In this document: piece after piece, positions 38,781 to 52,513 of the stretch
How the letters are laid out: each line of letters opens with the position of its first letter
Numbering within the stretch: position 1 is the first letter of the stretch
From: Octopus vulgaris
Lineage: Eukaryota
Length of the DNA: 64,000 nt
Assembly: GCA_951406725.2 (NCBI GenBank)
Contig: OX597824.1
Location: 68,944,001-69,008,000 of the forward strand
Direction of reading: 5' to 3'
Notes under the pieces: model-generated
What the model was told of the DNA's origin: nothing
Database searches by the model: none
What the model saw: the letters and a program-made list of their open reading frames with translations, nothing else
Program-made: the position numbers and the translations under genes

Positions 38781-39010
38781 TATATATATCAGTGTATATA
38801 TATATATCATTAGAAGCATGTATATATACATACATATGTGTTTTCAGATATGTGTGATTGAATTAAGCATATATATATATATATATATTTTTATATATAT
38901 TTTACTATATATGTAATATATTCCAAATGGTCCTTTATACTGATATATATATATATATATATATAGATATGTGTATATGCATATAATATATATATATATT
39001 ATATATATAT

Positions 39011-39064
<54 letters not shown>

Positions 39065-39124
39065 TATAGTTTAAAAAATGCGAAAACTAATTTCTGTGTG
39101 TCACACTTTTTCAACTTTAATAAA

Positions 39125-39340
39125 CCCTTTCTACTGGAAGCACAACACCTCAGATTTTAGGGGCAGGTATTAAGTCGATTACATCGACTCCAGTACGTAA
39201 CTGCTACTAATTTTATCGACCCCGAAAAGATGAAAGGCAAAGTCGACCTAGGTGGAATTCGAACTCAAAACCTAACGGCAGACGAAATGTCACTAAGCAT
39301 TTCATCGTTCGTGCTAACGACACTGCCAGCTCGCCGGCTT
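39125..39340 (-). mobile_element. SINE family C
   Basis: Core TCATCTTTTCGGGGTCGATAAAA on the minus strand. Confidence 0.85.
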
Positions 39341-39559
39341 AATATAATACATCAAATGTGAAAGTTAGTGTGTCAGAGTGTCACACTTTTTCGACTTTGC
39401 TCATAGAGGCCGTAGCCCAACATATCATACTATTTTGGAATCAGGCTGAATCCGTGAGTAGATTTAAAACATTCCGAGCAGAATCCAGACCTACAATCCT
39501 GAAATTTTGGATTCCCAAATTTTTCATACCTGCGATTGTTTTCGGCAATATATTTTACA

Positions 39560-39650
39560 TGATTTTTAGCGACGAATATGACCATCATTGGGATATGACT
39601 CTGGTGGAAGCAATTGCAACAAATTCTCCAAAACAAGTCAGAGATATGTC
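39560..39650 (+). pseudogene. Helitron Rep/helicase fragment
   Basis: EYDHHWDMTLVEAIATNSPKQVRDM resembles the DD.HW..TL.EA....P.QLR.LF motif of Helitron RepHel proteins. Confidence 0.5.
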
Positions 39651-40237
39651 TCCAGATCTTTCCATTGAGGGTCAATTGCTTAAAAGCTATATACTAGCTT
39701 AAAGGTTGTATATATATATATATATATATACATACATACACATACACACATATATTAGTATGGATGTATCTATGTATCTGAGTATTTATATATCTATAGG
39801 CTTCATGTGATGAACAAAGTCGATATACTCCACAAGTAATAGGCGCTGAGTTCTTTTGAATTGGTGATTTCCCGGTCAAGCGTTCAAATTTTTGCTGTAA
39901 CACAAACCCATATACATATATAGACGGATACATACAGATATATACATACCTACATACATTCCTGTGTGTGTGTGTATGTGTGTGTGTGTGTGTGTGTGTT
40001 TGTGTATACATATGTATATATTTGGTTGGCTGGCTGGATGGAAGGATTTATGTTCATAATTCTATATCCATTAATACCTGCAAGGATACATACAATCTCT
40101 CCATCCCTCCCTCCCACCTTTCTCTCCCTCGCACTCCCTCTCTGTTTCACAAGCACACAAACACGCAAACATTTTCAGAAATGTTATGCAAACTCTCCGG
40201 TTCAAAGGCAATTTATATGTATGTACAAATCACAATT

Positions 40238-40297
<60 letters not shown>

Positions 40298-40352
40298 TAT
40301 ACATACATATATGTATACGTATATATTTATATCTATCTATTAATCATATCTA

Positions 40353-40387
<35 letters not shown>

Positions 40388-40814
40388 ATATATATATATA
40401 TATCTGTCTATCTCTCTCTATCTATCTATCTATCTATCTCTCTCTCTCTATATATATATATACGTAATTACACCAACATACACACAGACGTGCACGCGCA
40501 CAGACACACACATACACATACATGGACACACGGACAAACACACGGACATATACACGGACATACACACAGCTATTCCCATACCATTCCATACAGCGGCAAC
40601 CATAAAAATTGAAATTAAATAATATGAAATAAGATTAATATGAATATTTTTATTGAATTCTGCCATTAAGTAAATTTAGAAGGCTTTCGGTACAAAGAAA
40701 TTTTTCCCTTTAAGTTTTAAAAGTCACATGACTAGTCTAATGTTGCTAGCAAAGTCCTTTGTGGTAGTCGTGGTGGTGGTGGTGTTGGAAGGGTATTGGC
40801 TTTATGATAGTTGG

Positions 40815-41418
40815 TGTGCTTAGCGATATTTTGCCTGTCTTTAGGTTCTGAGTTCAAATTCCGCTGAGGTCGACTTTGCCTTTCATCCTTGCGGGGTCGA
40901 TAAATTAGGTACCAGGTACGTACTGGCGTCGATCTAATCGATTGCCCTCACCTTCACCAAAATTTTGGGCCTTGTGCCTAGAGTAGAAAAGAATATTGTT
41001 TTGCTGGTGTTGGTGATAAGAGTGGGGGCACCTTGGTGTTAGTGGTGTTAGGAATGACATACCAAATGGTATACCGTCGCTGATGATGACGGGTCTTCTA
41101 GTTGAGCCGATCAACTCAACAGCCAGCTCGTGAAAGGGTGCTCAGCAACTTGCATGTTAATTTCCTATCTCCATCCATCCATCCATCCATCCATCCATCC
41201 ATCCATCCATACATACATACATACATACATACATACATACATACATACATACATACATTTCGTCCGTCCTTACGTTATGAGTTCAAATTCCGCCGAGGTC
41301 GACTTTGCCATTCATCCTTTCGGGGTCGATGAATTAAGTACCAGTGAAACATTGGAGGTGATGTAACCAACTTGTTCCCTTCCACCAAAATTCATGCCTT
41401 GTACCTTTAGTAGAAAGT
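40815..41418. mobile_element. Two SINE C copies (40815-40995 and 41258-41418, plus) and an A2 tail fragment (41073-41163, minus)
   Basis: GAGTTCAAATTCCGC.GAGGTCGACTTTGCC cores. Confidence 0.8.
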
Positions 41419-41426
41419 ATCGTTGA

Positions 41427-41489
<63 letters not shown>

Positions 41490-41509
41490 CATTATTATTA
41501 TTATTGTTG

Positions 41510-41595
<86 letters not shown>

Positions 41596-41619
41596 GTTAT
41601 TATTATTATTATTATTATT

Positions 41620-42172
41620 GAGTGAGAGAACAGTGCATGCCATCAAAGTGACACGGGTAAAATATACGAAGCCCAGTATACCCAACATGACTACCCGTCC
41701 GATAAAGGTACACCAGACACATGCATCACAACCATATGTGCGCGACATGGTGATCTCAAATCAAGATAAACAGCGTATGACCTTGCAGGTGAGGAACAGT
41801 TAATACTTTCTGGTCGAGTAACCCATCTCACTCAAAAGGTCCTTGAATAAAGATTGTTTAAGGATGTTGAACGAACAACCCATGTTTCCAGAGGTGAATT
41901 TTCCAAACCTCTAAGAATTCCTTTCAACACACGGCTATGATGCTCCCCCACTACTTCTTCTCGTGATCAGAGATGCACATATCGTGAGCCACTAAGGGAC
42001 ATGCTCAACTGGTTAAGGTCAAACAACTGACAAGCAAATCTGTGGTATTGAGTAGAATATTTGCTGTAGTCCATCTTTTATACCAAGACAAAACAATGTA
42101 CATGATAACACTTCCAATCAGTTAAGATCAGAAGGCATGAGAGCCACTGTCTGGTACTGCATCAGGGCATTT
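41620..42172 (-). mobile_element. Family E copy 2 embedded in (TTA)n
   Basis: Reverse complement of 80-596 plus ~40 extra 5' bases; flanked by TTA tracts at 41427-41619 and 42175-42335. Confidence 0.75.
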
Positions 42173-42176
42173 AATA

Positions 42177-42207
<31 letters not shown>

Positions 42208-42245
42208 TATTATTATTATTATTATTATCATTATTATCATTATTA

Positions 42246-42333
<88 letters not shown>

Positions 42334-42467
42334 TAGTTAATAAATCGTATAATATACACCTGGTTGTTTGCCAGTAAAACACTTCACTGGCTCAGTGTTC
42401 GTTGGGTATTTGATTAATGAGAGTGACGGATGATGGAATATGTATATGTATATATATCATATAAGTG

Positions 42468-42672
42468 AGAGTGCATGGCTTCGTGGTTAGGTAGTTGTTG
42501 CATCCTCGGTCGCTAGATCGTGATTTCAATTCCTAGACCGGTCATTGCGTTGTGTTCTTGAGCAAAACACTCCATCTTATGTTGCCGTGCGATCACTTGG
42601 ACATCTGACACGTGATACACCATGCACCTGTTCAGACAGCGTTGATTGGATGGAGAGAGTGAGCTAATGTGC
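42468..42672 (+). mobile_element. SINE family A-related copy
   Basis: GCATGGCTTCGTGGTTAGG head and TTGTGTTCTTGAGCAAAACAC core. Confidence 0.7.
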
Positions 42673-42674
42673 TT

Positions 42675-43931
42675 TATCTTTGCAAATTACCCGGTGAATA
42701 TACTGTTCTGCTCTATCAAGCCTGTTGAGATACTCTGTAGGTGCAAGAAGATTGCACATGGAGACAACATGATCAATGGTTTCATTTTGTTGTTTACACA
42801 CATGACATGCTGGGATACTGCCGTTTTTTTAAGATGTTGGCCTGGTAGTTTCTTGTAGGGAGGCATTGATAATGGGCTGCTATGATAAACCATTATATCT
42901 CTGATTTTAAACCAGAAGACACCAACCATTGATAGGTAAGGGCTTTGCCAACATCGGCATTATTAGCTCTCTTTGGGAATTTGCCATCGAGTGGTTTTTT
43001 GCCATTTACCAGTAAGAATATCTAAGGCAGAAGTTTTAGCACGGGTTTCCATATGCTTAGCTTTTTCTGTGCTTGTTTCCAGTACGTCTAATTCTGAAAA
43101 TTGTATTTGGAATTCACTTAGATATTTCTTTGCCTGCTTTGTTACTGAGTATGATGTTTTCTTGTTTTCATGCTTTAAGACAAGGTTTAACATCCAGTCA
43201 TCAGAGTTCTTCACGTAGGTGTTTAGGCCAATTGTTAATCCCAGTTGTAAAAGTCCACGGCCACCCTCTTTCCTTGGCCGGTAAAGTCGTTCTATATCTG
43301 CCTTAGTGTGGTGCATTCTAAGCATTACTCTTTACTTGTTTCAGTCATTTGACTGTGGCCATGCTGGAGCACCGCCTTTAATCGAGCAACTGGACCCCGG
43401 GACTTATTCTTTTGTAAGCCCAGTACTTATTCTATCGGTCTCTTTTACCGAACCGTTAAGTAACGGGGGACATAAACACACCAGCATTGGTAGTCAAGCA
43501 ATGCTAGGGGGACAAACACATACACACACGCACACATATATATATATATACATATATACGACGGGCTTCTTTCAGCTTCCGTCTACCAAATCCACTCACA
43601 AGGCTTTGGTCGGCCCGAGGCTAGAGTAGAAGACACTTGCCCAAGGTGCCACGCAGTGGGACTGAACCCGGAACCATGTGGTTGGTAAACAAGCTACTTA
43701 CCACACAGCCACTCCTGCGCCTGTCAACAATATTCATATTTTTCTGTCAAGATTACAGATTTCAGTAATTGACCAGTTAATAATATTGAAACTGTAAGTT
43801 ACGACAGGTATGGTTAAAGCATTGATCGCTTCGATCCTATTTCTTGCACTCAGCTCTGTATTGAGTGTTGTCCTTACCCTACGATAATATTATTTTCTGT
43901 TCTTTTTCGTCATCATTGAATGTTTGATTCC
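42675..43931 (-). mobile_element. R4/Dong-type retrotransposon fragment (RT C-terminus to zinc knuckle), interrupted by SINE B
   Basis: AINALTIPVVTYSF..NW..LDRKI..LLT|MLRMHHTKADIERLYRPRKEGGRGL..PTRNYQANILK..CHVC..ETIDHVVSMC. Confidence 0.9.
43327..43722 (-). mobile_element. SINE family B, full length
   Basis: AGGCGCAGGAGTGGCTGTGTGGTAAG head to GAAACAAGTAAAGAGT tail; removing it restores the LINE frame LLTML. Confidence 0.95.
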
Positions 43932-45198
43932 ATTATTATTATTGCCGAGTCTCTTCCTGACACCTAAGGTAGAGAAACGCACTCTATACATTGGTAGGCC
44001 ATTTAAATGAACACATCAAACTGTCTATTTTCAAAGTCATGTGATAGAGAAAAAGAGACAGAAAGACAGAGAGAACGAAAATAAAAAAAGAACACAAAGA
44101 AAATTAAGAGGAAAAAATAGAAAGAAAATTCACAGCGACAATGCTCTTCTCAGTACGTGTGACGTACAAGTTAAGACAATCTTTTGCACTTCCTGTATGG
44201 ATGGTAAGCCAGGGATCATTCTTAAATAATTCTCAGTTCCTTTTTTGATCATTCCAAGTGCTCCTACAATCATTGGTATTTTAACCGTCTTTAGATGTCG
44301 CATCTTTTCGATTTCGATTAACAAAACTTCATATTTTCTGAGCTTATCAAATTCTTATGGTCACCGGGTATGCTCATATCATTCAATAAACAGACTTAAT
44401 TGTTTTGGTCTTACGCAATAATATCTGGTTTGTTTGCTTTGATTGTCCGAAAGTCCCAAAGAACAGTTACATTTTCTCCCCCAGTTACAGCCTCAGGGTG
44501 GTGCTTGTACCATTTGTCAGCAGTTTTGATTTTATAATGCCGACACATTAACCAGCATAGACATTGGCCAACTCTGTCATGTCTCGATTTGTACTCTACA
44601 GGTCCCAAGACTTTACATCCAGAGATTAGGTGGTCTATAGTTTCTATCCCATCGTTGCAGTATCGGCATTTTGGGTCTACACCATGTTTTACCACATTGG
44701 CTTGATAGTTCAGGGTCAATAAGTTCTGATCTTGGGCAGCCAAGATAAAGCTTTCACTCTCTGCATTTAGTCCTGAGCTCCGTAACCACTGATGGGTATG
44801 CTTCTGATCTACACCTGCTCGTTTGTCACGGGCCACATATTTTCCATGCAGAGGTTTTTGTTCCCACCTACCAACCAACTGTTCAAACACATTTTGATTT
44901 GGTAATGATTTAACCTTCTTTGCAACTACAGTTACTGCTCTTCCTAAATGCTATTTAACTTGATCATGGTTTTCAACGAGCTCTAACATCCACTCCATGC
45001 GATGGTTTTGTAGGAGATTTCAAACTGGATCAAGCCTCGACATCCTTGAGCTCTGGGTAGGTAAAGACGATCTCCGTTTGCCTTTGGGTGGTGCATTTCA
45101 TTGCAAGTCAGCAGCTTACAGATTTTCCTATCAATCCCCCTGACTTCGCTCATATTACAGTTTAACACATTAAAACTGTAAATAACAACCGGAACTGC
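43932..45198 (-). mobile_element. R4/Dong-type retrotransposon, 5'-truncated, with short (AAT) tail
   Basis: HHPKANGDRLYLPR..RGL, KPLHGKY, CRYC..ETIDHLISGC (CCHC), RHD, LWDF, ANKPDII, PMIVGALG; 3' UTR ends GACTCGGC(AAT)4. Confidence 0.92.
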
Positions 45199-45215
45199 TA
45201 ATAATAATAATAGTT

Positions 45216-45300
<85 letters not shown>

Positions 45301-45340
45301 TTAATAATAATAATAATAATAATAATAGTAATAATAATAA

Positions 45341-46062
45341 TCGAGAATATTGCTCACTGTTCCCAGAGCTCCGAGAATTATTGGTACTTCTGCTATCTTT
45401 TTCATCGACCACCACTGCATAACTTCCCAAATTAACATGTCATATCTCTTGACTTTTCTTTCTTCCTTATCTCATACCTTGTTGTCAGCTGGGGATGCTA
45501 TATCTATGATCCAGCATAGTTTGTTTTCTTTCTTTCTTTCTCTGTTAAGACTATGTCTGGCTTCCTATTCTCTAATCTCATGGTCGCACTGAATCATAAA
45601 ATCCCATAGGATCTTTGCATTTGTATTTTCGACGATGCCTTCAGGTTTGTGGTCGTACCAATCTTTTACTCTGTCAAGTTCATACTTGTGGCAAAGTGTC
45701 CAGTGGACAAGCCTGGCTATATTGTCGTGGCGTCTCTTATATTCCTTCTGGACTAGTGGCGTACATTGGCTAGTTATATGTCACACAGTTTCACCGTATT
45801 TTGTCCACAGATTCTGCACTTATCACTTTCTGCTGTGTTGTCTATTCTGTATTTTAAGTAGTTTGTTCTTAATGCTTGCTCTTGGGCAGCACAGATTAGA
45901 GCCTCCGTTTCCAGTTTTAAATCACTTTTAGTCATCCACAGCCATCTTTTTTCTCTGTCTGAAATTGCCCATGCATTCTTTTCTTTATCCACCTATTTTC
46001 AGTTTCATTCATTTTCAATTTCTTGTATAGTGCTTTATCTTTGTAATCTTTCATCCTACACA
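45341..46062 (-). mobile_element. R4/Dong-type fragment (zinc knuckle plus REL), 3' end missing
   Basis: LETEALICAAQEQALRTNY..CRICG..RHDNIARLVHW..LWDF..RKPDIV..CWIIDIA.PAD; same family as 29689-30077. Confidence 0.9.
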
Positions 46063-46064
46063 TT

Positions 46065-46221
46065 ATCATTATTATCATTATTCAGTAGTTTTATTTTCGT
46101 AGCGTGCTTTCACTTCACTACCGAGCGCAGCTCTGTGTGCCTTGGGTATGTGCTGTGATTTGTTGTCATGCTCTGATGGTTAATGTATTGAAAGTGTTCT
46201 GCGTAGGATGTGTGCAGTGCC

Positions 46222-46222
<1 letters not shown>
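46065..46222 (-). mobile_element. Very short R4/Dong-type 3' end in (TTA)n
   Basis: GTAHILRRTLSIH*, then 3' UTR and AAT-type tail; TTA tract at 46222-46303 on the 5' side. Confidence 0.75.
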
Positions 46223-46302
<80 letters not shown>

Positions 46303-46439
46303 TAGCAACAGAAGCGGCATCATTGACGTACATGGAAGAAAATGTTATGCTTCATTTAAAAAACGATAAATGAGAAAGCAATTGCGCGTTCTGCTATAGG
46401 AACTCAAGATTAAACTTGAGTTTAATGTATGGTCAGTGA

Positions 46440-47490
46440 ATTTGGTCAGTGGAAACAATGACACATTGTAGCAGACTGCCACCTGGTTGGCCGAGAGAAA
46501 CTATAAGAAATGGGCAATGATCAAGTTGTGAGAGTTTTACACTGGAAACTCCACCAACATTAGGGGTTTGAAGGAGGTAGTACATGGTACGATGATTGAG
46601 CAAAACAAGTACTTGAGATAGAAACATGTAAGGTTTTGTGGTATTTTCTCATTCAAATGGATAAAAAGATGGAACATAACATGCCAGGTATTACAGTAAT
46701 AGACAAGGGAATTTGAATTTGCATATTTATTGACCGTCATATTTGTTTGATACAAGGATTGAGAAGAAGCATATGAAAAGTTGATATTCTATAGCTGATA
46801 AACACTTAAGATTGCAAAGATTTGAAACGTGAATTCTGCATTACGGACTGAGTCATTAAAGAGACAAATGGGTAAAGGAGATTGGAATGGAGTATCATCT
46901 TTTACTTTTTTACTCTTTTACTTGTTTCAGTCATTTGACTGCGGCCTTGCTGGAGTACGCATTTTAGTCGAGCAAATCGACCCCAGTACTTCGTAAGCCT
47001 AGTACTTATTCTATCGGACTCTCTTGCAGAACCGCTAAGTGACAGGGACGTAAACACACCACCATCGGTTGTCAAGCGATGTTAGGGGTACAAACACAGA
47101 TACACAAACACACACACACATATATACATACATATACATATATACGACGGGCTTCTTTCAGTTTCCGTCTACCAAATCCACTCACAAGACTTTGCATGGC
47201 CTGAGGCAATAGTAGAAGACACTTGCCCAAGGTGCCACGCAGTGGGACTGAACACGAAACCATGTGGTTGGTAAGAAAGCCACTTACCACACAGCCACTC
47301 CTGTGCCTGTAGGACTTCTACAGATATTACTCTTAGGAACAGGAAAAAATCAACAGAAAGGTTGAGAACGCTTGATGGCTTATTGAAATCACGTGGATAA
47401 CTAAGGTTATAGCTATTAACACTTGCCGGCCAATAGGTAATATTGGACGAGTGAGTGGGGACATGCAGTGGTTCCCATTGAAAATTCCAC
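46440..47490 (+). mobile_element. Old R4/Dong-type 3' region interrupted by SINE B
   Basis: ETMTH/IVADC, DQVVRVLHWKL, TCKVLWYFLIQMDKKMEHNMPGITVIDK, and after the SINE VGLLQ..LLGTG. Confidence 0.65.
46899..47308 (-). mobile_element. SINE family B, full length
   Basis: Match to 43327-43722. Confidence 0.92.
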
Positions 47491-47659
47491 ACCCTTTTCT
47501 GTGAGAAAAAGTTTCTTTTTAAATATGAAGAAGAAAAATATTTTAACTTACGAACATGATTTCGCATTTCTACATTTTCCTAACACAATCCGCAAGATTT
47601 TGGAAGTTTTATGCTATTTTTTCATGAAATCAATATGGACAATATGGAGAATCTGTAAT

Positions 47660-48150
47660 AATGGCTTCAAATTTTGGCACAAAGCCAGCAAGTCTAGGGA
47701 ACGGGGTAAGTTAGTTAAATCAACCTCATTGCTCAGCTGGTACTTATGATAATGATGATAACGACGATGACGACGACGACGACGATGATGATGATATATG
47801 TCATCATACAATGTATCTGCAGGGCCAGCTGGTACTTTTATCAACCCTCGGCGGAATTTGAACTCAGAACCTATCGAAGGACGAAATGCCGCAAAGCATT
47901 TTGTCCAGCCTGCTAACGATTCTGCCAGCTCCTCGCCTTAATAACATGGAAAATATTGGATTCAAATGTTGGCACGGGGCCAGCAATTTAGGGGTGGCGG
48001 GTAAGTCAATTACATTAACCCCAGTGCTCAACTGGTACTTACTTTATCGACCCTCCAAAGGGATGAAAGGCAAAGTCGGAATTTGAACTCAGAACCTAAC
48101 GAAGAACGAAATGCCTCGAAGCTCGACCTGCTAACCATTCTGCTAGCTTG
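47660..48150 (-). mobile_element. Two tandem SINE C copies
   Basis: GGAATTTGAACTCAGAACC..GAAATGCC occurs twice. Confidence 0.75.
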
Positions 48151-48201
48151 ATGCCTTGGCGACTCTATAGTAATAAGCGAAATTTCGTAAGTTTCCTCTA
48201 A

Positions 48202-48261
<60 letters not shown>

Positions 48262-48399
48262 TTATTTTCCTGTGTTATTTCATGTTTCCTTCGGTGATTA
48301 TTTCTAAACATTAGTCAACTCATCTCAGTGTATTATTTTCAGTAATGTAAAATCTGGGGATACTTCGGGCCCTGTAGATAGATTGTATCATGGCAGATA

Positions 48400-48417
48400 T
48401 CGTCATCGTCGTCGTCG

Positions 48418-48485
<68 letters not shown>

Positions 48486-48505
48486 TTCTTCTTCTTCTTC
48501 TTCTT

Positions 48506-48543
<38 letters not shown>
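48400..48543. repeat. Compound trinucleotide microsatellite (GTC)(ATC)(TTC)(TAC)
   Basis: Direct reading. Confidence 0.9.
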
Positions 48544-48629
48544 GTATCCAGTCTCCGATTTACCGGAGCACGCACGCGCGCACGCAACACACACATACAT
48601 ACACACATAAACATACGCATATCCACCCA

Positions 48630-49094
48630 TTCGCTCTCTCTCTCTCTCTCTCTCTCACTCTCTCTTTCACGCGCTTTGGCTCCCCGTTTCTTATTTCATC
48701 CTCCTCTTAACTCTTTCTCCAGCATCTCTCTTCTACACCTTCACATTCTTTCAACTATGATTTCTTTCTTTTTGTCTTCCTTCACACCTTCTTTCTTTTT
48801 CTTCTTTCCTTTGTTTCTTTCTATCTTTTTTTCTTATTCATTCCCTCCTTCTTTCTTTCCTTCTTTGTTTGCTTCTTCCTTTTTCTTTCTTTCTTTTCCT
48901 TTTTTGCCTCCTTCTATCCTTCCTTCTTTGTTTCTTTCTTCCTTCCTTTCTTTATTTCATTCTTTCTTTCTTTCTTTTCTGTTTTTCCTGCTTTCCTTCG
49001 TTCAATCCATTTTTCTTCCTTTCTTTCTCTTTCTCTCACCTCCTTTCCTTCTTTCTTTATCTATCTGTTCTCTTCTCACACACACACACACACA

Positions 49095-49137
<43 letters not shown>

Positions 49138-49342
49138 ACCTTCTTTCCACACTCTATCTCTCTTTTCGCCCTCCCTTCACTCTCACTCTCACTAACTTTT
49201 TGTCTATCATACTTTCTTTCTCACTGTCACAAACTCTTTCTTTTTCTTCACTCTCACTTTCTTACCGCTATCTTTCGTTCTTTCTTTCTCAGTCTCTCAC
49301 CTTTTTTCTCTCACTCTTTCTCACTCTTTCACTCACTCTCCA

Positions 49343-49373
<31 letters not shown>

Positions 49374-49390
49374 CCAGTCTCGTTTTCTTT
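48630..49390. repeat. Polypyrimidine tract
   Basis: CT/TTC-rich plus strand. Confidence 0.85.
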
Positions 49391-50939
49391 TTGTTTTTGC
49401 ATCAATCAAACTAACAAAATTAGTTCCAACATTAGAGTGTTATTTGCTCTTGGCACACTACTTCATGGTTTGGTTCCAGTGAGCAAACAAACGCCCCATC
49501 CCATAAACCCCTAAAAAAACTCCTCAGATAAAAAAAAAAAACGCACACACCCTCTCTCTCACTCTCTCACACATACACACAAATAAAAAGCAAAAATGAA
49601 AACAAACACAATTGCTAGAATAAAACAGAAGAATGAAATTGGTAATACAGACACCATTCAACGCTTTTGTTTTTCTTTCTTATTTTCCTTCAACTTCTGA
49701 TTGTTTAGTGGAGATAGATTTCGTGATAGGCTCTTGCAGGAAAGAAAAAAAACAACCCAAAACAATACAAAAAACACAAAGCAAGCAATAATAATAATAA
49801 TAGCAATAATAATAATAATAATAATAATAATATGTTTTTCAGCTAATAATAGCAAGGATTACAAATAAATGTAGAGTAAATCAAGTAAAACCAAAAAAAA
49901 AAACCAAAAAAAAAACAAAGAGAGAGAGAATATGGAAAACCGAATGTAGCTGAGCATTGAAATCGATCGTGTAGTTCATCGGTTTACTTTGTATGCTTAC
50001 TACATACTTATAGTGTCAGTAGTCAAACCAGTTTAACTAGCTAACGATGACATGAGTTGGTAACAGATACCAGAACAAAGTTTGTGACTAACTGAACGTA
50101 TATTTAGAAATATGCATATACATGTATATATGCATATGTTTATGTCTAGGTATGTATGTATATATGTATATGTATGCGTATGTCTATATGTATGTATATA
50201 TATGAATATGTATGGGTATTTATGTATATATATATATATATATACATATATATATAGATAGATACGTATGTATATGATTATATATATATAAATGCATATG
50301 TGTATGTATAGGTATTTATGCACACACGCATATATATACGTGTCTGTATAAATACATATATATGTATATAAACACATACATATGTATTGATTTCTGTGAA
50401 TATCTATACAAATGTGCATATACATGCACATACACACACATTTACTCATACACATATAAACATATGCATATATAAGTGTGTATGTACATTTATATTCACA
50501 CAGATCTATACATGTGCATACACACACACACATATATATACATATACATCATATATATATGTATATATAAATATGCGCACGTACAAATACACACACATCT
50601 ATCTTCCTTTCTTTTTTCTTTCTAATCTCTCTCCCTCTCTCTGTATGTATGTGTGTATATATATACTACATGCATACATACAGGAACACACATAAATGTA
50701 TACGTTTATGCACATTTGTTTTAGGAAAGAAAGAAAGCGTATTCAAATCACGTAGAACAAATATATTTGTGAGTAGCTGGAAGTTAACAATATTTACAAT
50801 ATCTGCAAAGTTGAGCAACTCATGAACCTTCTATTGCGGATTTTCACTAGCCGCGTAGATGTGTTTAAAGTATTATTGATTCAAATGAGATAACTTGAGA
50901 TAAAGTTACACAAATTATATATTGAAACTTTAAGAGAAG

Positions 50940-51850
50940 AAATTACCGTCTGTGTTCGTATGTAGAAAGTGCTCATCCCTCTCATTGATATGCAATCTGC
51001 TTATATTATAATGTGGTATTTTTCTGCGATGCACAAGTCGCACTGATTATCTCAGTAAGTATAAATTTGCAAATTGAAAAATACCCTATTTTATTGGCAG
51101 GCTGTTGATCCCTTTGTTTTCGCGTTTCTAGATGTACTGAAGCTGTTGTGTTTCGAAGGATTGTTTGTACGCGTTGTATATGAGTGAGTGGATTTCTCTG
51201 TGCATGTGTGTGCGTGAGTATATGGTGTGTATGTCTGTTTGTGTGTATACGCGTGTGTATTTGCGTGCATATGTATGTGTGTACATGTTCGTGCGTGTGT
51301 CTGTGCTTGTTTACTGAGGTTTTAAATGTTGCCATTATTAGCCCTATGCATGCCGTTTGAATATCGTCTACAGTTTTATAAAGTTACAGTTTTACTGTGG
51401 CTTCATACATAAGCCTCTTTGTATACACGAATAGCCACAGAGGTTGTAGTTTAGTGCATTTCTACAATTAGATTCTGATTATTGAGATATTGGATTACAT
51501 TTAAAGTGTTACTTATATTGGGACATTTGCAAGAATATATTATCTAGAGAACGGTAAGGGCAAGATTTTAATTATCAGGGGCAGGAAGATCTATGCTCTA
51601 TTTGTAGTCACACTTCGATTGTACGGAAGATTGTACCAAAATATGTAAATTCTTTTTACTGTATTTCATACATTTCCTTTTTCTCCGAAATCTTCATTTT
51701 GCTAATGGGATGTGACAATAGGAACTTGTTTAAAGAATACGAAAGTAAAAGCTTTCATATATGGTTTTACTCCATTAAAGGTGCGTTTCCCAGAGGGATG
51801 AGATGATTTTGGCGGAATGAGATAAATGGACGCCCGCTATTTGGACACTG
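50940..51850 (-). pseudogene. Decayed Penelope-like GIY-YIG region
   Basis: Minus strand SCIQRG, YEATVKT, ACIGLIMATFKTSVNKH (YIG motif), RNTTAS, QCDLCIAEKYHI. Confidence 0.65.
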
Positions 51851-52513
51851 ACAATCTGTTTGACACGGCTGAGTGGACATGCAACCTGTTTTAGTACAAG
51901 AACTCATTAGTGCTGGAGGCAAACACACAAAGAAATATACGCACAGTTAGAGAGAATTAAAGAGGGATAAAGTAAAAGAGAGAGGGAGGCAGAGAAGCGG
52001 AGATATTACAATTTATTAAATGAACACGCTTGATATAAGCACTTTCCCTCTGATACATATAAAGAAAAATACACTCACTCGCATAAACACAAAGAAAGAG
52101 AGACAGTGGGTGGAATGAGTGAGAGAAACATTAAAACATCTTTGTCAAATAAGCCAGCATGAGACAAGCGATGCCAAAGATATGGCGCTACCACAGCTTT
52201 GCCTCAACGAGTCACACCGACCTTGTGATATCTACTTACGGCTAGGTGGACTTAGTCGTTAGAATGTATGTATCACAAAACATACAGTAACTGATGACAG
52301 GATATGAGAGCCAATGTAACTTCTGCTGGTTTCTCATTACTTACTTGAACAAAGACCGTAGACACGTTCTTATTAATGTTGTTTAGCACCAGGTGAAACG
52401 TAATCAAACAAACCAATGATGATATATATCTAAGCAGTTATCAGTTTGTTAATAGTTAAAATTTTATCAAATGCTGTGCTTCTCTTTTGAAATACGGCAA
52501 AGTATGATCTGAG

